45,041 bases of DNA, from NCBI GenBank assembly GCA_037969195.1, contig JBBKWZ010000034.1:1-45041 (forward strand). The letters run 5' to 3'. Below, piece after piece: positions 1 to 9,046 of this stretch (its first letter is position 1; every line of letters begins with the position of its first letter). The notes under the pieces are model-generated. The model had not been told where the DNA came from. It saw only the letters and a list, made by a program, of their open reading frames with translations, and ran no database searches. The DNA is from Rubricoccaceae bacterium. Its GTDB lineage: Bacteria; Bacteroidota; Rhodothermia; Rhodothermales; Rubricoccaceae. The position numbers were made by a program, and so were the translations under genes.

Positions 1-374
1 ACGTAATCGGGCAGGAAGTGGACATTCACCCACGGAATTGGCGTTCCCGTTGCCCAACTTTCACGAACCGGCAGAAGCTTCAACGACTCCGTACGCACTT
101 GCGAGTGGCAGTTCATACACGTCTGCGTCGACGGAATGTTTGCATGCTCGCTGGTCTCTACGTGGTTGTGGCAGTAGCGGCAATCGATGGCAAACTGACC
201 GGCGTGCAGTGCGTGGCTGTACGGCACCGGCTGGACAGGTTGATAGCCAACGTCTGTGAACCTCGGAGAGAAGTAATACCAGACTGCAAGAACGAGCACG
301 ATACCGCCTCCAAGCGCTCCCATGAGGGAGGCGGCGGGGAGTGCATTTGCCTTACGTGGAAATAACTGCGGCAT
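1..374 (-). CDS. Multihaem cytochrome c, N-terminal part (alternative complex III ActA-like / cytochrome c3-c7 family); the 3' end runs off the window
   Basis: Absent from the supplied ORF track because it is open at the window edge. My translation of the minus strand from ATG 374..372 gives MPQLFPRKANALPAASLMGALGGGIVLVLAVWYYFSPRFTDVGYQPVQPVPYSHALHAGQFAIDCRYCHNHVETSEHANIPSTQTCMNCHSQVRTESLKLLPVRESWATGTPIPWVNVHFLPDYV... It has one N-terminal TM helix, then two CxxCH haem motifs (CRYCH, CMNCH) in a context I remember from ActA-type subunits. Confidence 0.75.
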   Translation of the reverse strand, partial: MPQLFPRKANALPAASLMGALGGGIVLVLAVWYYFSPRFTDVGYQPVQPVPYSHALHAGQFAIDCRYCHNHVETSEHANIPSTQTCMNCHSQVRTESLKLLPVRESWATGTPIPWVNVHFLPDY

Positions 375-525
375 CGGCGCGAAAATCGGTCCGATCAGAC
401 CGTGGGGTGAAACGCGTAGAGTGGAGGATGCTGGCGTCGCAGAAGGTAGAAACCACTGCCCACGAGGCACGCGAAGATAGCTTGAAACCCCGTCGGAAAG
501 CAGAGGAAGGTGGCTCTCTTTGGCA

Positions 526-1911
526 TCAATATTCTCTTGGCAGGGTAGGCACCTGTCCTGCCACGGCAAGAAACCGAAACCTGGTATTCAGTAGGATGGC
601 TGCTGTAGCGAGGCCTGCCGTGAGCCCCCACCAGATGCCTCGCGCCTCCATCCCAAACCCAAAGGCGAGCACCAATGCTGTACCGATGCCCACTACCCAG
701 TACGCGGTTGCACCAATTAACATCGGAACGCGTGTGTCTTTGAGTCCCCGCAAAGCACCGGCTGCCGTCGCCTGAGCGCCATCAAAAAGTTGAAAAACCC
801 CAGCAATAGCGAGCAAGCTCGCAGCTAGTTGTATGACGGCCTCATCTACTGGCCCAGTCGAATTCTGGCCTGTGTAAATCCAAACCACCCATTCGGGTTT
901 GAACCAGAACAGCATTGCCGATCCGAACATGAAGGCGGTGCCGAGTACGATAGCCGTCCACCCCGCCCGTGCCACGGCCGATCTATCTCCCAAGCCCACG
1001 GCTTGCCCAACGCGGACGGTCGCCGCCATCCCAATGCCCAAAGGAACCATGAACGTCACGCTGGATGCGTTCAACGCCACCTGATGCGCGGCGAGGGCCG
1101 TCGTACCAAACAAACCGACAATGAGCGTGGAGGCGGTGAAAAGGCCGGCTTCCAAACCAAATTGTGCCCCGATAGGCCAACCGAGTTTAAAGAGCGTGCG
1201 AAAGTGATCGAGGTCCGGTTTTCGGAGCTCTCGGAATACGCGATAATTGCGAAGGCTTGAGGAACGGCGGACATAGATGGCCATCATTACGAACATCAAT
1301 GCCATCACGATCGCCGAACTCCACCCGCAACCTGCAAGCCCCAGCGCCGGAAATCCGAACTTGCCGAACATCAACACCCAATTACCGAAGGCGTTGAGCA
1401 AAACGGCCGTGAGGGTGATAATCAGAACGGGTCGAGGCCTTGCGAGTCCCTCACAAAAACCACGCAATGCCGTGAACAACAGGTTTGGTAGGATGCCCCA
1501 TCGAATCGCCAACAAATAGCTACCCGCTAGAGAGGCGGCCTCCGGTTCCTGCCCAACGGCAAGGAGAAACCGTTCGGAGAATGTCAGCAAGAGGAATAGC
1601 GGAAGGCCCAGTGCCGCAGCCAGCCACAAACCCTGCCTGGCCGACCTGCCTACCTCCGCGTGGTCTCCCGCGCCTGCGGCCTGCGCCACCATTGGATTGA
1701 CTGCCATCACCACGCCAATACATATAAGGAGTAGCGTGAAGAAAAGCGTGCTGCCAAGAACACCTCCGGCTAAAGCCACGGTGCCCAAACGCCCGATCAT
1801 CATAACGTCCACAAAGCCCATTGCCATCTGGGCAAGCTGAGTCAAGGCCAGCGGCGCGGCCAACAAAAATGTGGCACGGACCTCGCTTCTGATGACATGA
1901 GCCGAGGACAT
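526..1911 (-). CDS. MATE family multidrug/toxin efflux transporter
   Basis: 461-aa ORF, polytopic and hydrophobic throughout. N-terminus LLAAPLALTQLAQMAMGFVDVMMIGRLGTVALAGG is typical of NorM/MATE. ATG at 1911..1909. Confidence 0.9.
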   Translation of the reverse strand: MSSAHVIRSEVRATFLLAAPLALTQLAQMAMGFVDVMMIGRLGTVALAGGVLGSTLFFTLLLICIGVVMAVNPMVAQAAGAGDHAEVGRSARQGLWLAAALGLPLFLLLTFSERFLLAVGQEPEAASLAGSYLLAIRWGILPNLLFTALRGFCEGLARPRPVLIITLTAVLLNAFGNWVLMFGKFGFPALGLAGCGWSSAIVMALMFVMMAIYVRRSSSLRNYRVFRELRKPDLDHFRTLFKLGWPIGAQFGLEAGLFTASTLIVGLFGTTALAAHQVALNASSVTFMVPLGIGMAATVRVGQAVGLGDRSAVARAGWTAIVLGTAFMFGSAMLFWFKPEWVVWIYTGQNSTGPVDEAVIQLAASLLAIAGVFQLFDGAQATAAGALRGLKDTRVPMLIGATAYWVVGIGTALVLAFGFGMEARGIWWGLTAGLATAAILLNTRFRFLAVAGQVPTLPREY

Positions 1912-2038
1912 CGTGCGTCTCTACCTGAGTGGGTGACAGAAGCCCGGAAGGTAAGCGGATACACGGCGCCCCATTTCGATCGTAGTGCCACCCGTTTGGT
2001 ACCTGCACATTCCATCAACGAACGTATCTTCTCAAGCT

Positions 2039-4123
2039 ATGCGCACATCTGAAGTCCAGAACAGGCCGGTGGCGACGACGACAGCCGAAACGCCCGACGT
2101 TTCGGTCATCATTGTCAATTATAACGTACGAGAGTTCCTCGAACAGGCGCTGGAATCCGTCGTTCGCGCCAGTACGGGGCTCGAGGTAGAGACGTTCGTG
2201 GTTGACAACAATTCAGCCGACGGCTCTGCGGACATGGTGCGCGAGCGTTTCCCGAATGTCCGATTGATCGAGAACGAGGAAAACGTTGGTTTTGCGACTG
2301 CGAACAACCAGGCGATCCGGGAGGCGTCTGGACGGCATCTGCTCATTCTCAACCCTGATACGCTTCTACAGGAGAACACACTCCATGCACTCGTCCGGTT
2401 CATGGACGCGCATCCCGACGCTGGAGCTGCTGGATGCAGCATCCTGAACCCTGATGGGACCTTTGCGCCAGAGAGCCGCCGCTCATTCCCCACGCCCTCC
2501 GTTGCGTTTTATCGCTTGACGGGCCTAAGCCGCTTTTTTCCTCAAAGCCCGGTCTTCGGTCGCTACAACCTCACATACCTGCCTATTGACCAGCAATGCG
2601 AAGTGGACGCCCTCTCCGGGTCATGCATGATGGTGCGCCATGCGGCATTGTATGAGAATTGGAGCGGGAAGGACGGGATGGATGGCAGGACCACACCTTC
2701 AACCCAGAATGGTGCAGGTCTCCTGGATGAAGGATTTTTTATGTACGGCGAGGACCTTGATTGGTGCTACCGTATCCAGCAGCAAGGCTGGAAGATTTAC
2801 TACACGCCCGAAACGCAGATCATCCATTACAAGGGTGAGAGCACCAAGAAGGGTGAACTGCGCTACGTTCGTCTGTTCTACGGCGCGATGCTGCGCTTTG
2901 TCGAGAAGCATTTCAGCGGCAATCCCGAAACTGGAGCGCTTCAGCGAAACAGCTCTCGCCTCCTTGCGCTTGCCATTCGGCTAGGCATTCTTGTGCGCGC
3001 GCTGTTTACGTTTGTTGCGCGTGCATTCTCTAGCGTTGGACCGATTCTGCTCGATTTCCTTCTCGTTTTCGGCGTGATGGCTGGCACGGCTCGATTGTGG
3101 TCCGCCGGGTTTGGTTCGTGGTTTTACCTGGCCGTAATTCCTTCGTACGCGGCATCCGCGGTGCTGGGGATTTCGCTGTCTGGCGGTTATCGAAGAGGCC
3201 GACTGAGACACGTCAGACCTGTGTTCGCGGGGCTTCTTGGCACATTGCTGATCGTTGCAACGATTTCCTTCTTCGTCAAGGACATTGCCTTTTCGCGTGC
3301 AGTTCTACTCCTCGGTTTTTTGGGGACAGGTGCACTGTTGTCCTCGAAACGCGTTATCCAACGTCTCAGGACCAAGGATCTGCGGCGTACACTTCTCGTG
3401 GGATCGCCGAACGAAGCGAGCCGCCTCCGACGCCTCGTTGGAAGGAGCATGCGGCCCTCGACCTTGCTGCTGGGGTACGTTGGAAACAAGTCGAGCACGG
3501 ATGAGAACGAGTCGATCGCGCATTTAGGCCACATGCGGCACCTTCGCGATCTGGTCCGGCTGCAGGAGGTCGATGACGTGGTTTTTGCCTCCGATTCTCT
3601 TTCCAACACGGCCATCCTTGGCCAAATGCGGCAGTTGCGGGACCTTCCCGTCCAATTCAAAATCCTTGCTTCCGGACGCGACCGCATTATTGGCAAGGCG
3701 TCGGTTGAGGATTTCTCCGTTCCGTTCATGTCCGCGGAGCGCGCCGTCGCTCCACTTCGTTCCCGATTCGCACGCCGTTTGCTTGAGGTGCCGGTTGCTC
3801 TTGTTGGGATCGCCATTCACCCCCTCATGAAGTTGTCGGCGCGACTTTCCTCGTCACGCCGACTCCTTACGATCGCATCCGTAACTGCCCGGATGCCCTC
3901 CGTACTTGCAGGGCGGAGAGCCTTGGTCGGATATGACTCTGCCTCTCACCACCCGCCAGAGGACTGGGGTCTGCAGCCTGGGATTGTTTCCATTTTGGAC
4001 ACGATTCCGGATCCGCCCGATTCTATCGTCGAAACGCATCGGGCTTACTGGTTCTATGCCCGCAACCAGTCGTTCGTGTTGGATCTGGAAATCCTTTTCC
4101 GTGCGTTGCCTACCAAGCTCTGA
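2039..4123 (+). CDS. Family 2 glycosyltransferase fused to a TM block, a WbaP-like Rossmann-type domain and a short, apparently degenerate sugar-transferase tail
   Basis: GT2 signature VSVIIVNYNVREFLEQALESV...VVDNNSADGSADMVRERFPNVRLIENEENVGFATANNQAIR...LILNPD. Several TM helices around aa 330-450. Then RTLLVGSPNEASRLRRLV...LLGYVG...VDDVVFA, resembling the pre-catalytic domain of polyprenyl glycosylphosphotransferases. C-terminus YWFYARNQSFVLDLEILFRAL. Start placed at ATG 2039 (MRTSEV...) rather than the 1985 track start. Confidence 0.85.
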   Translation: MRTSEVQNRPVATTTAETPDVSVIIVNYNVREFLEQALESVVRASTGLEVETFVVDNNSADGSADMVRERFPNVRLIENEENVGFATANNQAIREASGRHLLILNPDTLLQENTLHALVRFMDAHPDAGAAGCSILNPDGTFAPESRRSFPTPSVAFYRLTGLSRFFPQSPVFGRYNLTYLPIDQQCEVDALSGSCMMVRHAALYENWSGKDGMDGRTTPSTQNGAGLLDEGFFMYGEDLDWCYRIQQQGWKIYYTPETQIIHYKGESTKKGELRYVRLFYGAMLRFVEKHFSGNPETGALQRNSSRLLALAIRLGILVRALFTFVARAFSSVGPILLDFLLVFGVMAGTARLWSAGFGSWFYLAVIPSYAASAVLGISLSGGYRRGRLRHVRPVFAGLLGTLLIVATISFFVKDIAFSRAVLLLGFLGTGALLSSKRVIQRLRTKDLRRTLLVGSPNEASRLRRLVGRSMRPSTLLLGYVGNKSSTDENESIAHLGHMRHLRDLVRLQEVDDVVFASDSLSNTAILGQMRQLRDLPVQFKILASGRDRIIGKASVEDFSVPFMSAERAVAPLRSRFARRLLEVPVALVGIAIHPLMKLSARLSSSRRLLTIASVTARMPSVLAGRRALVGYDSASHHPPEDWGLQPGIVSILDTIPDPPDSIVETHRAYWFYARNQSFVLDLEILFRALPTKL

Positions 4124-4187
4124 GCACTTTCGTCGGTGATGCGTAGAATGGTCCGCACGCATGCCTGGCGAGACGTCTAACAAAAAC

Positions 4188-5180
4188 ATGGCTCAACTCC
4201 TTGAATTTGAGAAGCCTCTGGTAGACCTGGAGGACAAACTCCACGAACTGCGGTTGTTCCAGGCTGAAGACGGTACCGTTGACCTCTCTGAACAAATTGG
4301 CGCGCTCGAGATGCGCGTTGAGACGCTCAGAGCGTCTATTTACCGCAGCTTGACACGCTGGCAACGTGTACAGCTTGCGAGGCATCCGGACCGCCCCTAC
4401 ACGCTGGACTACGTTGGTGCGCTCACCACAAACTTCCGCGAGCTTCATGGAGATCGCCTCTTCGGGGACGACCGCGCGCTTGTTGGAGGACTTGCAACAT
4501 TCGAAGGACAACGTTTCGGCTCTACCAACCGATCCGTGATGATCCTCGGTCACCAAAAAGGTCGCGATACGAAGCAACGAAAGGAACGCCGGTTCGGGAT
4601 GCCAAACCCCGAGGGATATCGAAAAGCGAAGCGGTTAATGGAGATGGCAGCCAAATTTGGCAAACCCATCATTACACTTCTTGATACGCCCGGTGCATAC
4701 CCCGGCCTCGAAGCGGAAGAGCGAGGTCAGGCCGAGGCTATCGCCAGAAATTTGCTTGTCATGGCGAGACTGCCTGTTCCGATTGTGATTGTTGTGATTG
4801 GAGAAGGCGCGTCCGGAGGGGCACTCGGGATCGGAGTCGGCGATCGCATTCTGATGTTGGAGAACGCGTGGTATTCGGTGATCTCTCCAGAGAGCTGTTC
4901 CTCAATTCTATGGCGCTCGTGGGATTTCAAGGAGGACGCGGCACGCGCTCTGAAGCTATCTGCCACCGACCTGATCACCCACGGCGTAATCGACGAGATC
5001 GTTCCTGAACCTACAGGCGGAGCCCACAAGAACCCGGTGCAGACATTTGATGCTGTGGGCACGGCAATCGCAACCAGTCTCGACAAGCTCTCTTCCATGC
5101 CGACGGACCGGTTGTTAGAGGAACGGCTTGCCAAATTCGACGCGATGGGTGCGTTTGTGGAGCGCCCGGTCGAGGGATGA
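4188..5180 (+). CDS. accA: Acetyl-CoA carboxylase carboxyltransferase subunit alpha
   Basis: [22 protein letters not shown]...[12 protein letters not shown]...[28 protein letters not shown]...[33 protein letters not shown] is classic AccA. Start taken at ATG 4188. Confidence 0.95.
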   Translation: MAQLLEFEKPLVDLEDKLHELRLFQAEDGTVDLSEQIGALEMRVETLRASIYRSLTRWQRVQLARHPDRPYTLDYVGALTTNFRELHGDRLFGDDRALVGGLATFEGQRFGSTNRSVMILGHQKGRDTKQRKERRFGMPNPEGYRKAKRLMEMAAKFGKPIITLLDTPGAYPGLEAEERGQAEAIARNLLVMARLPVPIVIVVIGEGASGGALGIGVGDRILMLENAWYSVISPESCSSILWRSWDFKEDAARALKLSATDLITHGVIDEIVPEPTGGAHKNPVQTFDAVGTAIATSLDKLSSMPTDRLLEERLAKFDAMGAFVERPVEG

Positions 5181-5596
5181 TTCGCCACATCTATCAGCGG
5201 CGGGTACGTTACCGGGAGTGCGACCCTATGAGTGTCGCCTACCACACGTTCTATCTGGATTACTTCGAGGAGGCGCGTACTGAAGCCCTTCGCGACATAG
5301 GCCTTCCCTACAAACAACTCGAAGACAATGGCATCATTATGCCGGTCGTGGAGGCCTCCGTGCGGTACCTCGCCCCTGCTCGCTACGACGACATGCTGGA
5401 AATCGAAACCATCTTCGAAGAAATACCACGCGTGCGCGTTCCGATTTCGTATGCCATCCGGCGACAGAATGAGGACACTGTTCTCGCAACCGGTACCGTC
5501 GTCCTCTGCTTTGTGGATGCTGAACGAGGACGCCCGATTCCTGCTCCAAAGGCTATTCAGGATGCGTTTTCGTCTGTGATGGGAGAACCGACGTGA
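5177..5596 (+). CDS. Acyl-CoA thioesterase, 4HBT/YbgC-FadM family (hot-dog fold)
   Basis: [71 protein letters not shown] fits the YbgC-like family pattern. ATGA overlap with the accA stop. Confidence 0.88.
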   Translation: MIRHIYQRRVRYRECDPMSVAYHTFYLDYFEEARTEALRDIGLPYKQLEDNGIIMPVVEASVRYLAPARYDDMLEIETIFEEIPRVRVPISYAIRRQNEDTVLATGTVVLCFVDAERGRPIPAPKAIQDAFSSVMGEPT

Positions 5597-6000
5597 CTCT
5601 GTCGGGCTACTCGGGTACACCGTTGGCGAAGAAACTTGGTTATAAAGCCGGCTTCGTCGCCCAGCTCATCGACGCCCCGAATAACTACAATGATCTCGTG
5701 CGGCCGCTTCCCGAAGACATCTTATTTGCCGCGGACGCGAACGGAGCCCATCTGGTTCACTTCTTTACGAAACACGCCGCCGAGTTAGCAGCAATGCTAC
5801 CTGGTTTGATGAAGGCAATCCACCGCGATGGCATGATCTGGGTATCGTGGCCCAAACGTGCCTCCAAAGTCTCAACCGACATAACGGAGGACGTCATCCG
5901 CGAAATTGCATTGCCGCTTGGCCTCGTCGACGTAAAAGTCTGTGCGGTGGACGACGTGTGGTCTGGTCTTAAACTCGTCATCCGAAAAGAACTTCGCTGA
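5593..6000 (+). CDS. DUF3052 domain-containing protein
   Basis: N-terminus SGYSGTPLAKKLGYKAG... matches my memory of DUF3052. GTGA overlap with the upstream thioesterase stop. Confidence 0.75.
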   Translation: MTLSGYSGTPLAKKLGYKAGFVAQLIDAPNNYNDLVRPLPEDILFAADANGAHLVHFFTKHAAELAAMLPGLMKAIHRDGMIWVSWPKRASKVSTDITEDVIREIALPLGLVDVKVCAVDDVWSGLKLVIRKELR

Positions 6001-6003
6001 GCC

Positions 6004-6888
6004 GTGCTGCCTCTCCCCGATTCCGTCGCCAACGATCTCCCTTCACTAATCGCACGTGCACTGCACGAGGACGTAGGCGCTGGCGATGTGACGACCCTTT
6101 CGACAATTCCGCCAAATAAACTGGCTACTGCGCAGTTTCTAGCAAAGGCCGACGGGGTGCTCGCTGGCCTTGCGGTGGCGGAGCGTGTCTTCGCGTCCGT
6201 CGAGGAGTCGCTGACAGTCTCCTGGACGGCGTCGGATGGCGATACCATCGCAGCTGGAGCAGTTTTCGGATTGGTAGAAGGCTCCGCTCGCTCCATTCTC
6301 ACTGCCGAGCGGCTTGCCCTCAACTTTATGCAGCGCATGAGCGGTATTGCTTCCGCGGCCCGTGGGATGGCCGAAGCCGCCCGCCCCGCTATCGTGCTTG
6401 ACACGCGAAAGACAGCGCCCGGCCTTCGGATGCTGGACAAGTGGGCTGTGCACCTTGGTGGCGGAGCAAATCACAGGACGGGCCTGTTCGACATGGTCCT
6501 GATCAAGGACAATCATATTGCGGCGGCCGGCGGAATCGAGGCGGCGGTATGTGCTGCTCAATCATTTCTGGTTGAGAACGAGCTCGACCTTGACATCGAA
6601 ATCGAAACCCGCACGCTGGAGGAGGTCGGCGAATTCCTCCGCGTCGGAGGCGTGAACCGAATCATGCTGGATAACATGGCACGGATGACGAGTTCCGGCC
6701 TGGACGTCTCCAGGCTGTCCGAAGCAGTTCGACGCGTAAACGGGCGGTTCGAAACGGAAGCCTCTGGCAATGTGACGCTTGATACCGTTTCGACTATCGC
6801 GGCTACTGGTGTCAATTTCATCTCAAGCGGTGCCCTTACTCACTCCGTAACCGCGCTCGATATTTCCCTGAAAATCGCGCTCGTCTGA
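6004..6888 (+). CDS. nadC: Nicotinate-nucleotide diphosphorylase (carboxylating) / quinolinate phosphoribosyltransferase
   Basis: ALHEDVGAGDVTT...ERLALNFMQRMSGIAS...LDTRKTAPGLRMLDKWAVHLGGGANHRTGLFDMVLIKDNHI...SGNVTLDTV. GTG start 3 nt after the previous stop. Confidence 0.95.
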   Translation: MLPLPDSVANDLPSLIARALHEDVGAGDVTTLSTIPPNKLATAQFLAKADGVLAGLAVAERVFASVEESLTVSWTASDGDTIAAGAVFGLVEGSARSILTAERLALNFMQRMSGIASAARGMAEAARPAIVLDTRKTAPGLRMLDKWAVHLGGGANHRTGLFDMVLIKDNHIAAAGGIEAAVCAAQSFLVENELDLDIEIETRTLEEVGEFLRVGGVNRIMLDNMARMTSSGLDVSRLSEAVRRVNGRFETEASGNVTLDTVSTIAATGVNFISSGALTHSVTALDISLKIALV

Positions 6889-6971
6889 GCACGAGGTCTT
6901 CATGCAAGTGCCTTGCGGTGGAAGCCTGAAATGCGTTCTTTGAAACCTTGCTACAAACCAAGCCCCAAACC

Positions 6972-8270
6972 ATGATTTCTCGGTATCTATTCGTCACCGT
7001 CCTATTTGCGAGTCTCGCCGCACCTGCTTTGGCCCAGTCCGACAATATGACGCTCGTCGGCCAACTCGATCCCCGCCCCGGCAACTTGTACTCCGACATC
7101 TGGACGTACGTCGGCCAAGACGGGCGGGAGTATGCCCTTCTTGCCTCGTGGCAAAACGGAGGCCTTAACGTTATCGATGTCACGGACGATGTCCCTGTCG
7201 CCGAAGGGTTCGTCCCGATGACCGGAGACGGGAGCGATGTCGAGGCGTACGGCCACTACGCGTACCTCACGTCCAACAGCGATCCTACGCTCATCATTGA
7301 CATCGAAGACCCCGAAAATCCTGTTTCAGTCGGCACCTTTGACGGAGGCTTCCACACTCTCAGCATCGTAGACGGGTACCTCTACGGAAACGGCAGCGGC
7401 GGCGTTGAGATCTACGACCTCGCCGATCCCGAAAATCCCGCATTTGTAGGAAACTACAGCCCGTACTACGTCCACGACGTCCTCGTCCGCAACGACACCA
7501 TGTATACGGCTGGCATCTTCGGCGAAGGTATCGACATCGTCGACGTCTCTGACAAGGCTAACCCCTCTATGATCACTCGCTTCAACTATCCCGGCAGTGG
7601 GGCTCACAACTTCTGCACGGACCCGAGCGGGTCATACGTCTACATCGGTGACGAGATAGGCTCCGGGCAATGGACGCGGATTTTCGACGTCCGCGACGCC
7701 ACCAACGTTGAGCTGGTGGGTGAGATCATAGTGGACTCGGGCTCCACGGTGCACAACTGCCACACGAAGGACAACCTCCTCTACCTCGCCCACTATGACC
7801 GGGGGGTGTGGGTGTTCGACATATCGGACCCAGTGAATCCGGTGCAGGTCGCCTTCTACGATGGGCCAGGGCAGGGATCGACGTGGACGGTGAATCCGCA
7901 CCTCCCTTCCGGGAAGATTGTCGCCTCCGACATCGGGAATGGGCTCCTCGTCCTCCGTTTGGATACCCTGCCGACAGCTGTGGAGCCTGATGAGTCGGAG
8001 GTACCACATTCCTTTACCCTGGAAGCAGCCTATCCAAACCCGTTTAACCCCAGCACGACACTTCGCTTCACGCTTGACATGGCCGGGGATGTTCGCCTTG
8101 CTGTTTTAGATGCTCTGGGCCGCGAGGTATCGCTTGTTGCTGATAGGGCGTATTCAGCTGGACAACACGAAGCCATCTTCGATGCTGAAGACTTGCCAAG
8201 TGGTCTTTACCTAGTGCGTCTTGAATCGGAAGGCCAGACGGCTACCCAACGAATTACGCTGCTGAAGTAG
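6972..8270 (+). CDS. Secreted beta-propeller-like protein (choice-of-anchor B / LVIVD-repeat type) with a T9SS C-terminal sorting domain
   Basis: Signal peptide MISRYLFVTVLFASLAAPALAQ. Repeated D(V/I)xDPxNP motifs (IIDIEDPENPV, IYDLADPENPA, IVDVSDKANPS, VFDISDPVNPV). C-terminal FTLEAAYPNPFNPSTTLRFTL...GLYLVRLESEGQTATQRITLLK is typical of a Por/T9SS CTD. Confidence 0.8.
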   Translation: MISRYLFVTVLFASLAAPALAQSDNMTLVGQLDPRPGNLYSDIWTYVGQDGREYALLASWQNGGLNVIDVTDDVPVAEGFVPMTGDGSDVEAYGHYAYLTSNSDPTLIIDIEDPENPVSVGTFDGGFHTLSIVDGYLYGNGSGGVEIYDLADPENPAFVGNYSPYYVHDVLVRNDTMYTAGIFGEGIDIVDVSDKANPSMITRFNYPGSGAHNFCTDPSGSYVYIGDEIGSGQWTRIFDVRDATNVELVGEIIVDSGSTVHNCHTKDNLLYLAHYDRGVWVFDISDPVNPVQVAFYDGPGQGSTWTVNPHLPSGKIVASDIGNGLLVLRLDTLPTAVEPDESEVPHSFTLEAAYPNPFNPSTTLRFTLDMAGDVRLAVLDALGREVSLVADRAYSAGQHEAIFDAEDLPSGLYLVRLESEGQTATQRITLLK

Positions 8271-8295
8271 AAAGCCGTAAAATCATTTCAACAAG

Positions 8296-8334
8296 AAAGG
8301 CCGGACGACAAACGTCGCCCGGCCTTTGCTTTCT
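8296..8334. terminator. Bidirectional intrinsic terminator between convergent genes
   Basis: Hairpin AAAGGCCGG-a-CGAC / loop AAAC / GTCG-c-CCGGCCTTT (8296..8327): 13 bp with one mismatch. T-rich run TTTGCTTTCTGTT follows on the plus strand and TTTCTTGTTGAAATG on the minus strand. Confidence 0.7.
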
Positions 8335-8347
8335 GTTCGTGGACTCC

Positions 8348-8827
8348 CTAAATGTGCCGCTCTTTTCGAGGTGGAGGTGGCTGCCGACTCGGAAGCGTTG
8401 CGGGGTCAACAATCTCGTACTGGATACGCGCCAATCCGCTGAAGCCCAGTCGTCGCGCAGCACCGCCGGAGAGATCGAGCTGGCGTCCCCGTACAAACGG
8501 GCCTCGGTCGTTAATGCGAACGATGACGGCCTGATCGTTTCGCGTATTCGAAACGCGAACAAGCGTCCCAAACGGAAGCGACCTGTGGGCAGCCGAAATG
8601 GCACTATGGTTATACCGCTCGCCGTTCGCGGTCAGGTTTCCGTCGAGTGAGCGCGCATAGCGGCTGGCGACACCAGTGTTCATCACCCGAACCGCTGCTC
8701 GGCGACCACCTGGTGCGATACGCTCGACGCGCTCCACGTCGCGATCTGAATCACTTGACTGTGCATTTGTCGGAGCTGCGACAAGCAGCGCCAACCCCGT
8801 CGCAATAATTAGAAAGATTCGCTTCAT
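8348..8827 (-). CDS. rlpA: Septal ring lytic transglycosylase RlpA family protein (DPBB domain)
   Basis: Signal peptide MKRIFLIIATGLALLVAAPTNAQ, then LTANGERYNHSAISAAHRSLPFGTLVRVSNTRNDQAVIVRINDRGPFVRGRQLDLSGGAARRLGF. Start moved to ATG 8827..8825. Confidence 0.85.
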   Translation of the reverse strand: MKRIFLIIATGLALLVAAPTNAQSSDSDRDVERVERIAPGGRRAAVRVMNTGVASRYARSLDGNLTANGERYNHSAISAAHRSLPFGTLVRVSNTRNDQAVIVRINDRGPFVRGRQLDLSGGAARRLGFSGLARIQYEIVDPATLPSRQPPPPRKERHI

Positions 8828-9046
8828 AACTGGATCTGCTGACTGAGCTTCAGTTGTGGTCCGGCAATCTGTGATCGGCAAAATAGGTGGCAGCAACCAA
8901 ACAAGTACTTGAAAAAGGCACGTTTGGTAACCGCCCGAACAGCCTTTCAACTCATTGGTTTCGTCTTAACAGCATCTTATCGATCGCCAATTAGGGGCTT
9001 CGTCAGCACAGAATCCGTATTTTCTGCTTCAACTTAGCCTCTTTCG

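Noticed and set aside
1985-2038. Upstream extension of the GT2 gene to the track start at 1985
   Set aside because: The extra 18 aa (MPPVWYLHIPSTNVSSQA) add nothing recognisable. ATG 2039 gives a typical short N-terminus before the GT2 core. The choice is not certain.
3187-3816. 209-aa minus-strand ORF inside the GT2 fusion gene
   Set aside because: It is antisense to a long ORF with a clear GT2 signature, and it is R-rich and low-complexity.
4727-5620. 297-aa minus-strand ORF antisense to accA and the thioesterase gene
   Set aside because: It lies entirely antisense to two genes with strong family signatures. Its sequence is low-complexity and S/R/A/P-rich, which is typical of shadow ORFs in high-GC DNA.
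5757-6440. 227-aa minus-strand ORF antisense to DUF3052 and nadC
   Set aside because: A shadow ORF of well-supported genes. It is A/S/R-rich with no recognisable motif.
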